DNA from: Candidatus Pacearchaeota archaeon
Lineage (GTDB): Archaea; Nanobdellota; Nanobdellia; Pacearchaeales; UBA284
Direction: 5' to 3'
Length of the DNA stretch: 64,000 nucleotides
NCBI GenBank assembly: GCA_038886195.1
Contig: JAVZYK010000001.1
Location: 80,339-144,338, forward strand
Both the position numbers and the translations under genes were made by a program. Positions 9,208 to 19,095 of this stretch are shown in pieces. Under the pieces are notes generated by a model, which did no database searches, was not told the DNA's origin, and saw only the letters and a list, made by a program, of their open reading frames with translations. The first letter of the stretch is position 1. Each line of letters begins with the position of its first letter.

Positions 9208-9972
9208 TTAAATTTTAATTTCTAATGCTAACCCAAAAATGTTTGTAACATCTTTTCCAGAGGGCCATTTCTGTTCATTATAGAATTCTAATGCTCCAGT
9301 TCTTTTTTTATTTGTAATGCCCAAACCAAGCTTTATGTTTTCATCAAGTTTTTGTCCTATTTGAGTTAGATTTAAGTTTATTAAAGGTTTATAAGAAAAA
9401 TAAAATTGTTTAAAGAATTTATAAAATTCTAACTTCATTCCAGTTTCATAATTTATGTCATAATTCCTTGGATTAATTATTTTTCCAATATAAATCTGCC
9501 AGCAATTTTGAAATTGAGAAAAGGGGTTTTTAGTTAGGGTAATTTTTTCTAAATTATAAGATTTTATTTCAGCTTCGTTTTTATTATCAACTAAATGCTG
9601 GCACCAGTGTTGGTGTGAAATTGATAATTCTATATTTTTACCAAGGGAGTGGCTTAAAGAAGCATTCCATTTGTAGAATTCATATTTCGGAGAATGAGAA
9701 GCGTAAAATGAAGCGAAAGGATTTACTTCTTTCATTAAAGTCCCTTTGGAACAATTAAAATTAAATGAAATGCCTTTGTATTTTAAAAGTTGAGATTCAA
9801 GTCCAAGTTCGACGGTTCTGTCTGTGTTCGTTATGTCTGTTATCTTCTGAATGATGATGCCTGAATTGAAATTGAATTTTGCTTTTGGCAACAACTCCAG
9901 AGAACTTGAAGTATTTAAAGAATTAGCAATTATTAAAGAAGCAAGTGAAGCGACTAAAGGAATGATTGACAT
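9208..9972 (-). CDS. secreted hypothetical protein (Sec-type signal peptide)
   Basis: 254 aa. N-terminal hydrophobic signal (MSIIPLVASLASLIIANSLN). Rich in N/K/F/Y, with no catalytic motif recognised. Confidence 0.45.
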   Translation of the reverse strand: MSIIPLVASLASLIIANSLNTSSSLELLPKAKFNFNSGIIIQKITDITNTDRTVELGLESQLLKYKGISFNFNCSKGTLMKEVNPFASFYASHSPKYEFYKWNASLSHSLGKNIELSISHQHWCQHLVDNKNEAEIKSYNLEKITLTKNPFSQFQNCWQIYIGKIINPRNYDINYETGMKLEFYKFFKQFYFSYKPLINLNLTQIGQKLDENIKLGLGITNKKRTGALEFYNEQKWPSGKDVTNIFGLALEIKI

Positions 9973-10093
9973 TTTGTTTTTATTTATTAAATTTAATTTT
10001 CAAATTTTTAATTTTTTAGTTTCGTTTATTTTTAAAATTTCCTCAATAAACAAACATAAAATTTTATAAAGAAAAAGAAGGGAAAAATAAAAA

Positions 10094-10166
10094 TAGGTAT
10101 AAAAAATACCTAAAAATAGGTAAAATATTTAAAATAAAAAGATTTAAATACCTAAAAATAGGTAAA
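10094..10166. promoter_or_regulatory. repeated palindromic operator-like elements upstream of the HEPN/MNT pair
   Basis: Half-sites TAGGTA(10094-99), TACCTA(10107-12)-AAAA-TAGGTA(10117-22), TACCTA(10149-54)-AAAA-TAGGTA(10159-64). The 20-nt unit AATACCTAAAAATAGGTAAA occurs twice, at 10105-10124 and 10147-10166, 42 bp apart. The second copy ends 6 bp before the ATG at 10172. Confidence 0.6.
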
Positions 10167-10171
10167 TATCT

Positions 10172-10705
10172 ATGAAAAGAGACGCTGAGAGCACATTTCT
10201 CGAATTATTAAAAATAAAAGCAATAGTTAAACTAACTGATATAGAAAGAGAAGACTATTTAAGATTTTTTGAGTCTACTTATAAAGATAATCTAGAAACT
10301 GCCATAGATAATTTAAGAAAACACCCTAGATGGAGTATTATCTCGGGCTATTATGCAATGCATGATTTGGCCAAGTTATTTCTTGCTAAAAAATATAGTT
10401 TAAAGATTGTCGATAGAGTGCATTTTGCAACTATTATTGCCTTGTCTAGCGTCTTGAAAGAAAATGAACAACAAATATCAGAAGCGATAGCTCTATTAAA
10501 AAAAGCAAAAGAAATTTTTGATGAAAATATTATTGGCATTAAACCAACAGAATTAGTTTCTTATTTAAGAAAGGGGAAAAGTGAAAGAGAAAAGGCCCAA
10601 TACTATCATCCAAAAATAGATTTAAAGGAAATTTCTGAAAAAGCTTCGTACTTTCTTGATGGCGTTGTTAAACCTTTTATTAAACTAATGGAGAAAATAA
10701 TATAG
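10172..10705 (+). CDS. putative HEPN-domain protein (toxin-like partner of the adjacent nucleotidyltransferase)
   Basis: 177 aa, predicted all-helical. C-terminal R-x6-H (SEREKAQYYH) fits the HEPN Rx4-6H motif. Directly upstream of a minimal nucleotidyltransferase gene and directly downstream of a repeated palindrome. Confidence 0.45.
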   Translation: MKRDAESTFLELLKIKAIVKLTDIEREDYLRFFESTYKDNLETAIDNLRKHPRWSIISGYYAMHDLAKLFLAKKYSLKIVDRVHFATIIALSSVLKENEQQISEAIALLKKAKEIFDENIIGIKPTELVSYLRKGKSEREKAQYYHPKIDLKEISEKASYFLDGVVKPFIKLMEKII

Positions 10706-10743
10706 ATAAAAAATGAAAAATAAAGAAATGCAAAAATAATAAA

Positions 10744-11313
10744 ATGTTAAGTACAATTTTATCATCAAAGTCAAATTTCAAAGTTTTAAAACTATTCTCT
10801 CTTGCACCAGGCAAACCATTAACAAGAAAGACAATTAAAGAATTTACAAAATTGCCCAATGTTTCTTTAGATATGGCTTTAAATAAATTAATTAAAGAAG
10901 AAATTTTAGAAGAAGAAAAAAGGCTTTTAAAATTAAATTTATCTAATGAAAAAACGATAGCAATTCTTGAACTACTAAAAAAAGAATCAAAAATGTTAAG
11001 GGAGATTCCTTACAAGATATGGTTGCTTTTATTTGATTTTACAATGGCGGCACAAAAAACAAGATTTAAGAAAGCATTTTTATTTGGCTCGTGGGCAAAA
11101 CACATTGCTAGAGAAGATTCTGATGTTGATATAGCATTAATAATAGAAAAAAAAGACATAAAACAAGAAATGCTTGTTGAAAAATTGGCTGAACACTTAG
11201 AAGATAAATACAAAAGAAAGATCCAGCTGCATTTTTTTGAAGAAGAACAATTCAAAAAAGCCAGAACCACTTTAGCAAAAGAGATACAAAAAGAAGCAAT
11301 TGAGATTTTTTAG
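10744..11313 (+). CDS. nucleotidyltransferase (MNT/Pol-beta superfamily) with N-terminal winged-helix domain
   Basis: 189 aa. LFGSWAKHIAREDSDVDIALI is the hG[GS]x9-13Dh[DE]h minimal nucleotidyltransferase signature. The N-terminal about 90 aa look like a wHTH. Confidence 0.65.
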   Translation: MLSTILSSKSNFKVLKLFSLAPGKPLTRKTIKEFTKLPNVSLDMALNKLIKEEILEEEKRLLKLNLSNEKTIAILELLKKESKMLREIPYKIWLLLFDFTMAAQKTRFKKAFLFGSWAKHIAREDSDVDIALIIEKKDIKQEMLVEKLAEHLEDKYKRKIQLHFFEEEQFKKARTTLAKEIQKEAIEIF

Positions 11314-11406
11314 GAAAAATCAATCAAAGCAAATAACAAAAAGCAAATAAAACATAAAATTTTATAAAGGCAAAAATCTTAAAAGTTAAGGAAAAAAGAA
11401 GGGAAA

Positions 11407-12819
11407 ATGGTGAAAAGAGGAGCGTTGTTATTAGCTGGCATTATAATCTTCTTTATTTTTGCAAGCTCATTAACATCTGCAGCAAGTTGTTATTGTGATT
11501 CTTGTGCAGATTGTACAAGTAAATTGAATAATTCTTCTTGCACAGAAGTAAAATTAACAGCAAACATAATAAACTTTGTAGGCACTTGCATTGATAATCC
11601 TGCAGGTTTCAATAACAAAGTGTTTGATTGCCAAGGATATAAAATAGATGGAGATGATCTGAGATATAATTATGGAATTTACTTAAATGGCAAGCAAAAC
11701 AATACAATAAAAAATTGTGTAATTACTGACTTTTATGTTGGAATTTATTTATGGTTTTCATGGGAAAACACCCTAACAAACAACACTGCAAGCTCAAATA
11801 ATTTTGGAATTTATTTATATTATTCATCAGACAACGAGATAACAAATGCAAATGTAAGAGAAAATGAGGAGATTGGAATTGTGTTATCCTCTACTAATAA
11901 TACTAAAATTAAAAATTGTATAATTAAAGGAAATCCTTGCGATAAGTGTATATTTGTCAAAGGAAGTGGGGCGCGTCATAACTATATTACTAAAACTGAA
12001 ATTCATTCTTGTGCAACAGGAATTTTAATTTATGATTATGGTATAGGTTCTTATGCTAGTTTAACAGTTAATCAAAGCTATATTCACGACAATACTGACC
12101 AAGGCATTAGGATTTATGGCGGTAATGAAATGGGTTTAGTTTTAATAGATAGCGTAATAACTGCCAACGGAAAAGGAGTGTATTTGGATCATCGATGGGG
12201 AGCACATAAAGATCCTAAAGGATTTCTTTACAATTCCACAATCTGTAATAATACACTTGATTTGCAAATAGATACTAAAGATAATTATGATAAAGATTGT
12301 GCTGGAAGCTATGCTAAGACAATTGGTGGCACTAACGCTAATTGTCCTAATCTTAATAATTTTTGTCCAACCTTTCCTTCTTCAGGTTGTGTTTGGCAAG
12401 GAGTTTGTTCAAGATACGTACCGGCAAAAGGTGCTTCTAGCACTTTTGAATTCCCTAACATAAATTTTTGTCCTGCAATTCCAGACGAGTGCAAAAATCA
12501 ATCACCGGATCACATTGTTTGCCGCAATAACGAGGCTTATAATTGTCAGGGTTGCGGCGGATGGTATCGTGATGTTAGTTTAGATTATATATGTAAACCA
12601 AATTATTGTTTAGGGAACTATTCGACGGGATGGGTAAAATATAGAAATCATGAGAATTGCACTTCAATTAACGATTTTTATTCGGGCTGTGTAATTGACA
12701 TTACTGGAGATGGGATTTATGATAAACTTTGTTGTCCTGTTTATGATAGTCTAAATTACAATATAGCTTTGTTTGAGCCAACATCTGATATGTACTCCTT
12801 TTGTCGAAGTGTAAAATGA
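11407..12819 (+). CDS. secreted cysteine-rich protein with right-handed parallel beta-helix (PbH1/NosD-like) repeats
   Basis: 470 aa. The N-terminus MVKRGALLLAGIIIFFIFA could be either a Sec or a class III signal peptide (KRG|A). Repeated NNxxGIYL and NxIxNC rungs, many Cys. Paralogous to the partial ORF at 62904..64000 (shared DC[QN]GYKI[DQ]GDD...KNC[VI] block). Confidence 0.65.
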   Translation: MVKRGALLLAGIIIFFIFASSLTSAASCYCDSCADCTSKLNNSSCTEVKLTANIINFVGTCIDNPAGFNNKVFDCQGYKIDGDDLRYNYGIYLNGKQNNTIKNCVITDFYVGIYLWFSWENTLTNNTASSNNFGIYLYYSSDNEITNANVRENEEIGIVLSSTNNTKIKNCIIKGNPCDKCIFVKGSGARHNYITKTEIHSCATGILIYDYGIGSYASLTVNQSYIHDNTDQGIRIYGGNEMGLVLIDSVITANGKGVYLDHRWGAHKDPKGFLYNSTICNNTLDLQIDTKDNYDKDCAGSYAKTIGGTNANCPNLNNFCPTFPSSGCVWQGVCSRYVPAKGASSTFEFPNINFCPAIPDECKNQSPDHIVCRNNEAYNCQGCGGWYRDVSLDYICKPNYCLGNYSTGWVKYRNHENCTSINDFYSGCVIDITGDGIYDKLCCPVYDSLNYNIALFEPTSDMYSFCRSVK

Positions 12820-15800
12820 GAAATATGAAAAAAATAAAAATAGAGAGAAAAATAAAAACAGAGGAATTATTTATGCTAACTTTTTTCGTGATAGCTTTTT
12901 TATTTGTCTCTTCGTTTTCAAAAGCCAATGGACTACTACACTGTACTGGTTGGGGTTTTCGGAATATTACAAATTATTGGGGCTGTTGTAATGGTAGTCA
13001 TTTTGATGGCACTAAAGGAATAGCGATGCCTTATGTGATGCAACAAACAGTTTTTTACAGCTACCATTGTTGTGGAGATAATGATGGCGTTTGTCCAGAA
13101 GATTTTAATAGCTCGCATGCTGGCGGGCGTATAAGTTGTGCTCCTAATGGAGACCCTGATTGTGGCTCGCTGCCGCTCCAATGCAACCTAACTTCTGCGA
13201 CGATAACTCCGAACTGTAGGGGCATTCCTGGGAACACTCAGGGATGTGATGTTGGAGATAATATAACTGTGACAGCGACCTTTGCGGGAAATTGTCAGGA
13301 AGTTAAGGCTCTTGAAACTAAGATTAAAGATACAAATTGTGAATTGTCTTTAGAAATTCCTTGCACAGTTAGTAGCAGTGGAAGCTGTAGTGGCGTTGCT
13401 ACTATTCGAGTAGTGCCAGATGGTTGTGAAAATAAAATAGTATATTTAAGAAATGCGACTGCATGGAATGAAACTCTTGCCGGTGCAGGACAAGTGAGGA
13501 TGGTTGTTACTTATAACGACACCCAACAACATCTTAACGGAGGTTTCAAGTTCTCTGAAAAAATTTTAAAGTTTATTGATTTGATTATATGGCCGCCGAG
13601 CGCGCTGATCCAAGTTGGAAACTTGTTTGAATGGAACTTGACAGCAGTGTTTTTCAATCAAACGAGCGGTGAGAATGTCACAAAGTATGTTGCAAATGAC
13701 GACCCTTACTCGCAGTTTTTTTATTCTAATCCGAATGTCGCGCATCATCCTGGCTCGCCTTATCCTAACAGAATCTCCAAAGGATTCTCTGCAGGCGAAA
13801 CCAATGTTGTAGGAACGTGGCCATGGCCTTGGAATTACAAACAAGACACTGCCCTATTAAAAGTTATCAATCCAACAGGTTGTGTCATATCTTTAGCAGC
13901 AATAATACCTTACTGCAGGCCTGGCGGCTGTAATGTTAGCGACAAGATCAATTTGAATGTAAAAGTCAATAGCCCTAGCTGTGATCCTGATTCAAATCCT
14001 TCAAGAATAGTTATGAAAGGACATGATTCTTCGCTTTTGTGCAATGTGGAGCTGAGTGTTGATGGAATCTATTGCGATGGCCTTGGCAACTGCAACAAAA
14101 ATTATACTATAAATTCAATTTCTGATGATTGTGCTGGCAAGACTGTCATGATTAAAGTGACTGAACTTTATAATGCAACCGGTCCTTTAGCGAGCTTGCA
14201 GGGCAACTTCGGCTCATTTCAGTTTTGGGCGCCGGCGCCTGAAGAACCGAGCTATATTACATTATGGCCTAGAGATTGGCATGCTAAAGTTGGCGATAGT
14301 GTTTCTTATGACGTTTGGGCCCATTATCCTACCAATCCTCCTAAAAATGTAACAACTGATGAATATACAAATTATAGTTCGAGCAATAACGTGGTTGCTT
14401 ATCAAATTAGTCCTAAAAACGTGTTTTATGGCAACAGTACTGGCACTACAACAATAACTGCAAGATATCCTAAAGGCTATAATTATGCTAAAGAAAATAG
14501 CACTTCACTTTATGTTTATCCTCATACTGATTGCGAGATTTTGGATGCTAATATGAGTTTTAATTGTGATGATAGTATTGGCGGCATTCCTCAATGTAAT
14601 AATGGCGACACAATTGATTTAGGAGTTGTTGTTAATCAACAATGTTATAATTTGAATATTGCAAAAATACAAATGAGAGCTCATGAAAAGTTTAATCAAG
14701 CAAATCATGGCTCTTGCAGTTTTGATATGAATGCGAGCTTTACTCAACAAGCCTGTTCCTATAATGATGGAAATTATTTCTGCCATGGAACATGGACTGT
14801 TGGAGTTCCTCCAAGTTGTCAAGGTAAAAACGTTATTGTTGATGGAGTTATAGTTTATAATTATTCAGGTAATTTTTTAGATTCAAGACAAGGCTATATA
14901 GGAAACTTTAGTTTTGTTGAAACGCCTCAGTCATTAAGAGCGATTATTGTTACTCCAAATGAAGGCGCAACATTTAATCTCTCTGAAAACCCTGTTGCTA
15001 ATTTTACACAAGCAAGCATTGGCCAGATAACTAATTGGACATGGCTTTATAGAAAGATAACAATTCCACAATCACCTTGGACAGTTCTTAGATCAACTTC
15101 AAACCCGAATGAAGCAAACATAACTAATTACGATTTTAGTTATTATGGTTGGAAAGGGGGCAATTATGATATAAACTTGACTGTTAGCAATTTAAGCTTA
15201 AGTGATGATGATATTGTTGAGATAACTTTAATTGACAACTATACGCCAATTGCCAATATAACTCGACCTTTGTGGCATGTCATACTTTATAACAATAGCG
15301 TAGTTTTTGATTCTGAATGCTTTGATCCTAACAATAATCCTTTAAACGTTACATGGTATTTTGATGATAATACTAATGTTAGCGGTCCTTATTTACAATT
15401 CAAAAATGTAACTCATATTTTTGGCCAAGCAAAACCCAATTTCTTTAGAGCATGGCTTAATGTGACTGATGGTCAAAATTCGTCAGTAGATTATGTTGAA
15501 TTTAAAATAGCTTATTGTTATCATAACAACAATTATTATTTTGCAGGTTCTTGTATTGGGCAAAATAATTTGTATTGTAATAAGAATGATTGTAATGAAT
15601 TTGGTGAATGCAATGTTGTTGCTGATTGTAGAAAATGTAATAACTGTCCAAGCAGCTATTATTGTGATGGGATGACTGGCAATTGTAGTCAAGGACCAGG
15701 ACCACAAGGCTGTCAACAATATGATCAGCAACAGTGTAACGCTCAGATAGGTTGTTATTGGGACGCTTGTAAAGCTTGTAATGATCCACAAAAACCAATT

Positions 15801-16292
15801 CGCTCTTGTTCTGATTATACTAGACCAAGTGCTTGTAATAATGACAGTACTAATTGTCAAGTAGGAATGCCTAATCATGGTTTAGGAACAGAAATTTGTG
15901 ATACATTGATTGAAACTCCTCCTGGAAGTGGCAATTATTCTTTAGTTAATAATTGTCACTGTGAATGGAATTCAAATATTAATAATTGTACTTTAGCTTA
16001 TACTTTAATTCCACAAAACCAAAATGGCGGAGGCCAGCCGCAACCAGAAGATTGCCAGTATCAAATAATAGCAGAAGATTGTGGAAGCTGTCAAGTTAGT
16101 GGAAGGGAGGGAAGAAATGTTAGTTACAAAAGAGTTTTTGGCGATCCTAATGTTTGTGTTGATCGTTCATGGTGTCAGCCTTGTGGCTTGTTGTTCAGAC
16201 CATTACCATTCTTTGAATGGTGGCAAGCCATTGTTGTAGTTGGATTGGTTGTTGTAGTTTATGCCTTTATGCTTAGAAGAAAATATTTATAA
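12816..16292 (+). CDS. giant cysteine-rich surface protein (about 1158 aa) with N-terminal signal peptide and C-terminal TM anchor
   Basis: The track start at 12801 is a TTG. ATG at 12816 overlaps the upstream stop (ATGA), with a further ATG at 12825. Signal peptide LFMLTFFVIAFLFVSSFSKANG, more than 70 Cys, many N-x-S/T sequons. The C-terminal WWQAIVVVGLVVVVYAFMLRRKYL is a single TM with a short basic tail. No enzymatic motif. Confidence 0.7.
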   Translation: MRNMKKIKIERKIKTEELFMLTFFVIAFLFVSSFSKANGLLHCTGWGFRNITNYWGCCNGSHFDGTKGIAMPYVMQQTVFYSYHCCGDNDGVCPEDFNSSHAGGRISCAPNGDPDCGSLPLQCNLTSATITPNCRGIPGNTQGCDVGDNITVTATFAGNCQEVKALETKIKDTNCELSLEIPCTVSSSGSCSGVATIRVVPDGCENKIVYLRNATAWNETLAGAGQVRMVVTYNDTQQHLNGGFKFSEKILKFIDLIIWPPSALIQVGNLFEWNLTAVFFNQTSGENVTKYVANDDPYSQFFYSNPNVAHHPGSPYPNRISKGFSAGETNVVGTWPWPWNYKQDTALLKVINPTGCVISLAAIIPYCRPGGCNVSDKINLNVKVNSPSCDPDSNPSRIVMKGHDSSLLCNVELSVDGIYCDGLGNCNKNYTINSISDDCAGKTVMIKVTELYNATGPLASLQGNFGSFQFWAPAPEEPSYITLWPRDWHAKVGDSVSYDVWAHYPTNPPKNVTTDEYTNYSSSNNVVAYQISPKNVFYGNSTGTTTITARYPKGYNYAKENSTSLYVYPHTDCEILDANMSFNCDDSIGGIPQCNNGDTIDLGVVVNQQCYNLNIAKIQMRAHEKFNQANHGSCSFDMNASFTQQACSYNDGNYFCHGTWTVGVPPSCQGKNVIVDGVIVYNYSGNFLDSRQGYIGNFSFVETPQSLRAIIVTPNEGATFNLSENPVANFTQASIGQITNWTWLYRKITIPQSPWTVLRSTSNPNEANITNYDFSYYGWKGGNYDINLTVSNLSLSDDDIVEITLIDNYTPIANITRPLWHVILYNNSVVFDSECFDPNNNPLNVTWYFDDNTNVSGPYLQFKNVTHIFGQAKPNFFRAWLNVTDGQNSSVDYVEFKIAYCYHNNNYYFAGSCIGQNNLYCNKNDCNEFGECNVVADCRKCNNCPSSYYCDGMTGNCSQGPGPQGCQQYDQQQCNAQIGCYWDACKACNDPQKPIRSCSDYTRPSACNNDSTNCQVGMPNHGLGTEICDTLIETPPGSGNYSLVNNCHCEWNSNINNCTLAYTLIPQNQNGGGQPQPEDCQYQIIAEDCGSCQVSGREGRNVSYKRVFGDPNVCVDRSWCQPCGLLFRPLPFFEWWQAIVVVGLVVVVYAFMLRRKYL

Positions 16293-16344
16293 AAAAGACT
16301 AACTTGACTGGGTAAAAAGAGGTTAATTAAAAACGAGAAAAAAA

Positions 16345-19095
16345 ATGAAAAGAAAAGAGACAAGTATGGCAATGGCAGCAATTGTGCTGTCACTTTTTAT
16401 TTTATTGTTTTCATTTAGCTTTAGTTCTGCAACTGTTACGCCAGGAACGCCATTTTTTAATTTATCTCAAACAAGTTTTGGGCCAGGGCAAGTTATTGAA
16501 GGTTTCTTAAATTTTTCTTTAACCGATCATCCTGGCAATACAATTGTTAGAGCAACTATAAATCCTGGAGCTGTGACAAAAGAAACTACTCTTTTGAATT
16601 TCTTGAAAAATGCAACCGTGACTTTCAATTGTAATCCAACCGACTGTAATATAACTTATAATGCAACTAATGCTGGAACAACAAAAACAATATCTTTAAG
16701 TCAAGAAACTGAAGCTTATTATAGTTTGGTCGCTTTTGGTTCGAATGTTCAAGTTCAGAATTTAAGTTTTACAATGCAAGGTTCTAGCAATGCGCAGCCT
16801 GTTTGTTATGAAACTCCTTTTAAAGTTGATTTGCTTGATGATGGTATTATTGATTTTGAATATAAGGAAGTTTCGGGCTATTGTCCTCAGCGTGCGAGTA
16901 ATTGTTTTGATCCCAGTGTGGCAACACAAGTTGGTTTGTTAAGCACTACGCCTTCCTGTCAGAAAATATGGCTCAACAAGACTGGTAAGGTTAATGTTAG
17001 TGCTGTGTTAAAGCGAGAGGGCGAGCCTCAAAACCACGATATTGAATTTTTAATTTATGATTCTAATGGATTATTAAAAGGTAGCTGCAGTGTTAGTGGC
17101 TGGGAAGTTCAAGAAAATTTTGCTCCTGTAAGCTGTATTATAGGCGAAGATGAATACGGACAGCCAACCGGTTTTTATATTAGTAAAGCAGATAATTATT
17201 TTGTCTGTGTTAAGGCCTTAGGCAATATTTATTCAATAAAAAAGGAATCTCAAGGAGAGATTTGTGGTTTTTATGGTAATCCGCCTTCATCTGTTTTTAC
17301 AGAAGATTATGCAATTTATGTTTCAGAAGGTAAGTTTGCACCTTTCAATGGCGAGGCTTTTTTCAATGAAACTACAGCAATAGGAACACAAAATTTAATT
17401 GCCGCAATTCAAAGCTATCTTCAAACAAAATATAGCAATAATTGTTCTAGTGGTTGTGTAATTCCAATGAGATTTATTTCATTAGCAAGCCAACAAGTTA
17501 CACTTAATAATTTAAATTTTATTTATGCTCCAGGCCCTGGGCAAAGCGGTACAATCGACCATTATTTTTATGATCTAACTGTTGTTCCGCCCAAACTTAA
17601 TATGACTCAACAACTGGTTCAATTGCGAGCATTAAATACTACTGCACCACAACAACAAGGAAGCTATAGCATTAGTGTAATGATCATTGGCGGGCCTTCA
17701 GGGTCAGCGACTTTTAGAGTTGAGCCGGTTCCTCAAGTTCATAGCGTTTATCCTTTAACAGTTATTCCAGGTCAATCAACAACGTTCCATGTTGTAGCAA
17801 CAGCTCCTGCTGGAAGACAAATTGTAAGTTACATTTGGAATTGGGGTGATGGGTCTGGTGAAATAACTACTACTGAGCCAACTGCTTCACACATTTATAA
17901 TCAAGGAAGCTATACTTTAACTGTGAAAGTCCAAGATAATGCTTCGCTTGTCGGAAGCAAAAGTTTCACTATTGTTGCCAATATAACAAAGGAATTGTTA
18001 AACACAACGATAAATTCATTACTCGCTCGAGTTAATGCAATAACTTTACAGTTCAATGCTTTAGAGCCATGGTATAGAGACGCATTGGGTTTAAACTTAT
18101 CAAATATTAATTCAACTTTGCTAACTTTCAAAACACAATTGTCAACAGCAACTCAAACACAATTGGCCTCGATGTTTGAAACAGTTAATCAATACAAGAA
18201 TCAAGTTCCTTTAAATATAACTGACTCGTTGATCTTGAGAGAGTCGCCTTATTTCGTAAACTTAGAAAATATAAATCCTCAGTATATTTCTGAAATCACT
18301 GATGAAACTTATAGCTCGAACTTGGAAGAGCAATATAAAAATACCATTGTTTTATGGCAAGAAGAAAATTTAGACTTAACTCTTAGCGGTCAAATCAAAA
18401 CATTTGTTTATGAAACAACTTCTGAAGACAAGTTAACTGTTGTTAATATAAAACTTGCTCCTAAGACAAGTTTAAACGAAGTTTATCTTGTTTTCTCTTT
18501 GCCGAGTGGCGTTAGTTATAGTAATGTTAAAATTAAGCAAGGAAATTTTGAAACAAGCGACTTGAATGATGCGATTGGCTTTACATTTTCGGATTTAAGC
18601 TCGAGTGAAACTATAAGTTTGGCATTGCCAGGCAAGCACGATTTTTCACAATTAACATTTTATGCTTCTCCAAAGCTTGCAGAATTGAAAGTTGAAAGTG
18701 GCACGATTATGCCTGGAAAAGAAAAAAAGGCGCCTTGGGGTTTGGCTATATTTTTAATGATTGTGATCGTTTTGGTTGTCATTGCTGTTTTGTGGTTTTT
18801 ATGGCGTGGTTACAGTGAAAAGCTTGAAAAAAAATTGTTTAAGAGCCCTATGGATTTATATAATTTAATGAGTTTTATTTCAGGAGCTAAGGCAAAAGGT
18901 TTGAGAAAAGATGAAATTGAAGAACAACTTTTGAAAGCAGGATGGAATAAACAACAAATTAATTACGCATGGAAAAAATTAGAAAAGCAAGAAAAAGCAA
19001 AAGGCAAGAAGGGAAAAGAAAGAGAGATTCGACCATTGGGCGTGGGCGAAGAAGTTTTTCCTTATAAAAGCATTTACAAAAGAATTAAGCACTAG
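16345..19095 (+). CDS. large secreted/surface protein (916 aa) with C-terminal TM anchor and cytoplasmic tail
   Basis: Sec-type signal peptide (MAMAAIVLSLFILLFSFSFSSA). Thr/Ser/Asn-rich with many sequons. C-terminal TM LAIFLMIVIVLVVIAVLWFLW followed by an approximately 90 aa K/E-rich tail. Confidence 0.7.
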   Translation: MKRKETSMAMAAIVLSLFILLFSFSFSSATVTPGTPFFNLSQTSFGPGQVIEGFLNFSLTDHPGNTIVRATINPGAVTKETTLLNFLKNATVTFNCNPTDCNITYNATNAGTTKTISLSQETEAYYSLVAFGSNVQVQNLSFTMQGSSNAQPVCYETPFKVDLLDDGIIDFEYKEVSGYCPQRASNCFDPSVATQVGLLSTTPSCQKIWLNKTGKVNVSAVLKREGEPQNHDIEFLIYDSNGLLKGSCSVSGWEVQENFAPVSCIIGEDEYGQPTGFYISKADNYFVCVKALGNIYSIKKESQGEICGFYGNPPSSVFTEDYAIYVSEGKFAPFNGEAFFNETTAIGTQNLIAAIQSYLQTKYSNNCSSGCVIPMRFISLASQQVTLNNLNFIYAPGPGQSGTIDHYFYDLTVVPPKLNMTQQLVQLRALNTTAPQQQGSYSISVMIIGGPSGSATFRVEPVPQVHSVYPLTVIPGQSTTFHVVATAPAGRQIVSYIWNWGDGSGEITTTEPTASHIYNQGSYTLTVKVQDNASLVGSKSFTIVANITKELLNTTINSLLARVNAITLQFNALEPWYRDALGLNLSNINSTLLTFKTQLSTATQTQLASMFETVNQYKNQVPLNITDSLILRESPYFVNLENINPQYISEITDETYSSNLEEQYKNTIVLWQEENLDLTLSGQIKTFVYETTSEDKLTVVNIKLAPKTSLNEVYLVFSLPSGVSYSNVKIKQGNFETSDLNDAIGFTFSDLSSSETISLALPGKHDFSQLTFYASPKLAELKVESGTIMPGKEKKAPWGLAIFLMIVIVLVVIAVLWFLWRGYSEKLEKKLFKSPMDLYNLMSFISGAKAKGLRKDEIEEQLLKAGWNKQQINYAWKKLEKQEKAKGKKGKEREIRPLGVGEEVFPYKSIYKRIKH

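Noticed and set aside
15483-15878. Minus-strand ORFs of 131 and 98 aa inside the 1158-aa surface protein gene, plus similar antisense ORFs in other large genes (12936..13181, 13566..13844, 14619..14822, 17910..18131, 23265..23757, 24884..25147, 25736..25942)
   Set aside because: Embedded antisense frames with I/T/N-rich low-complexity products. No independent start signals.
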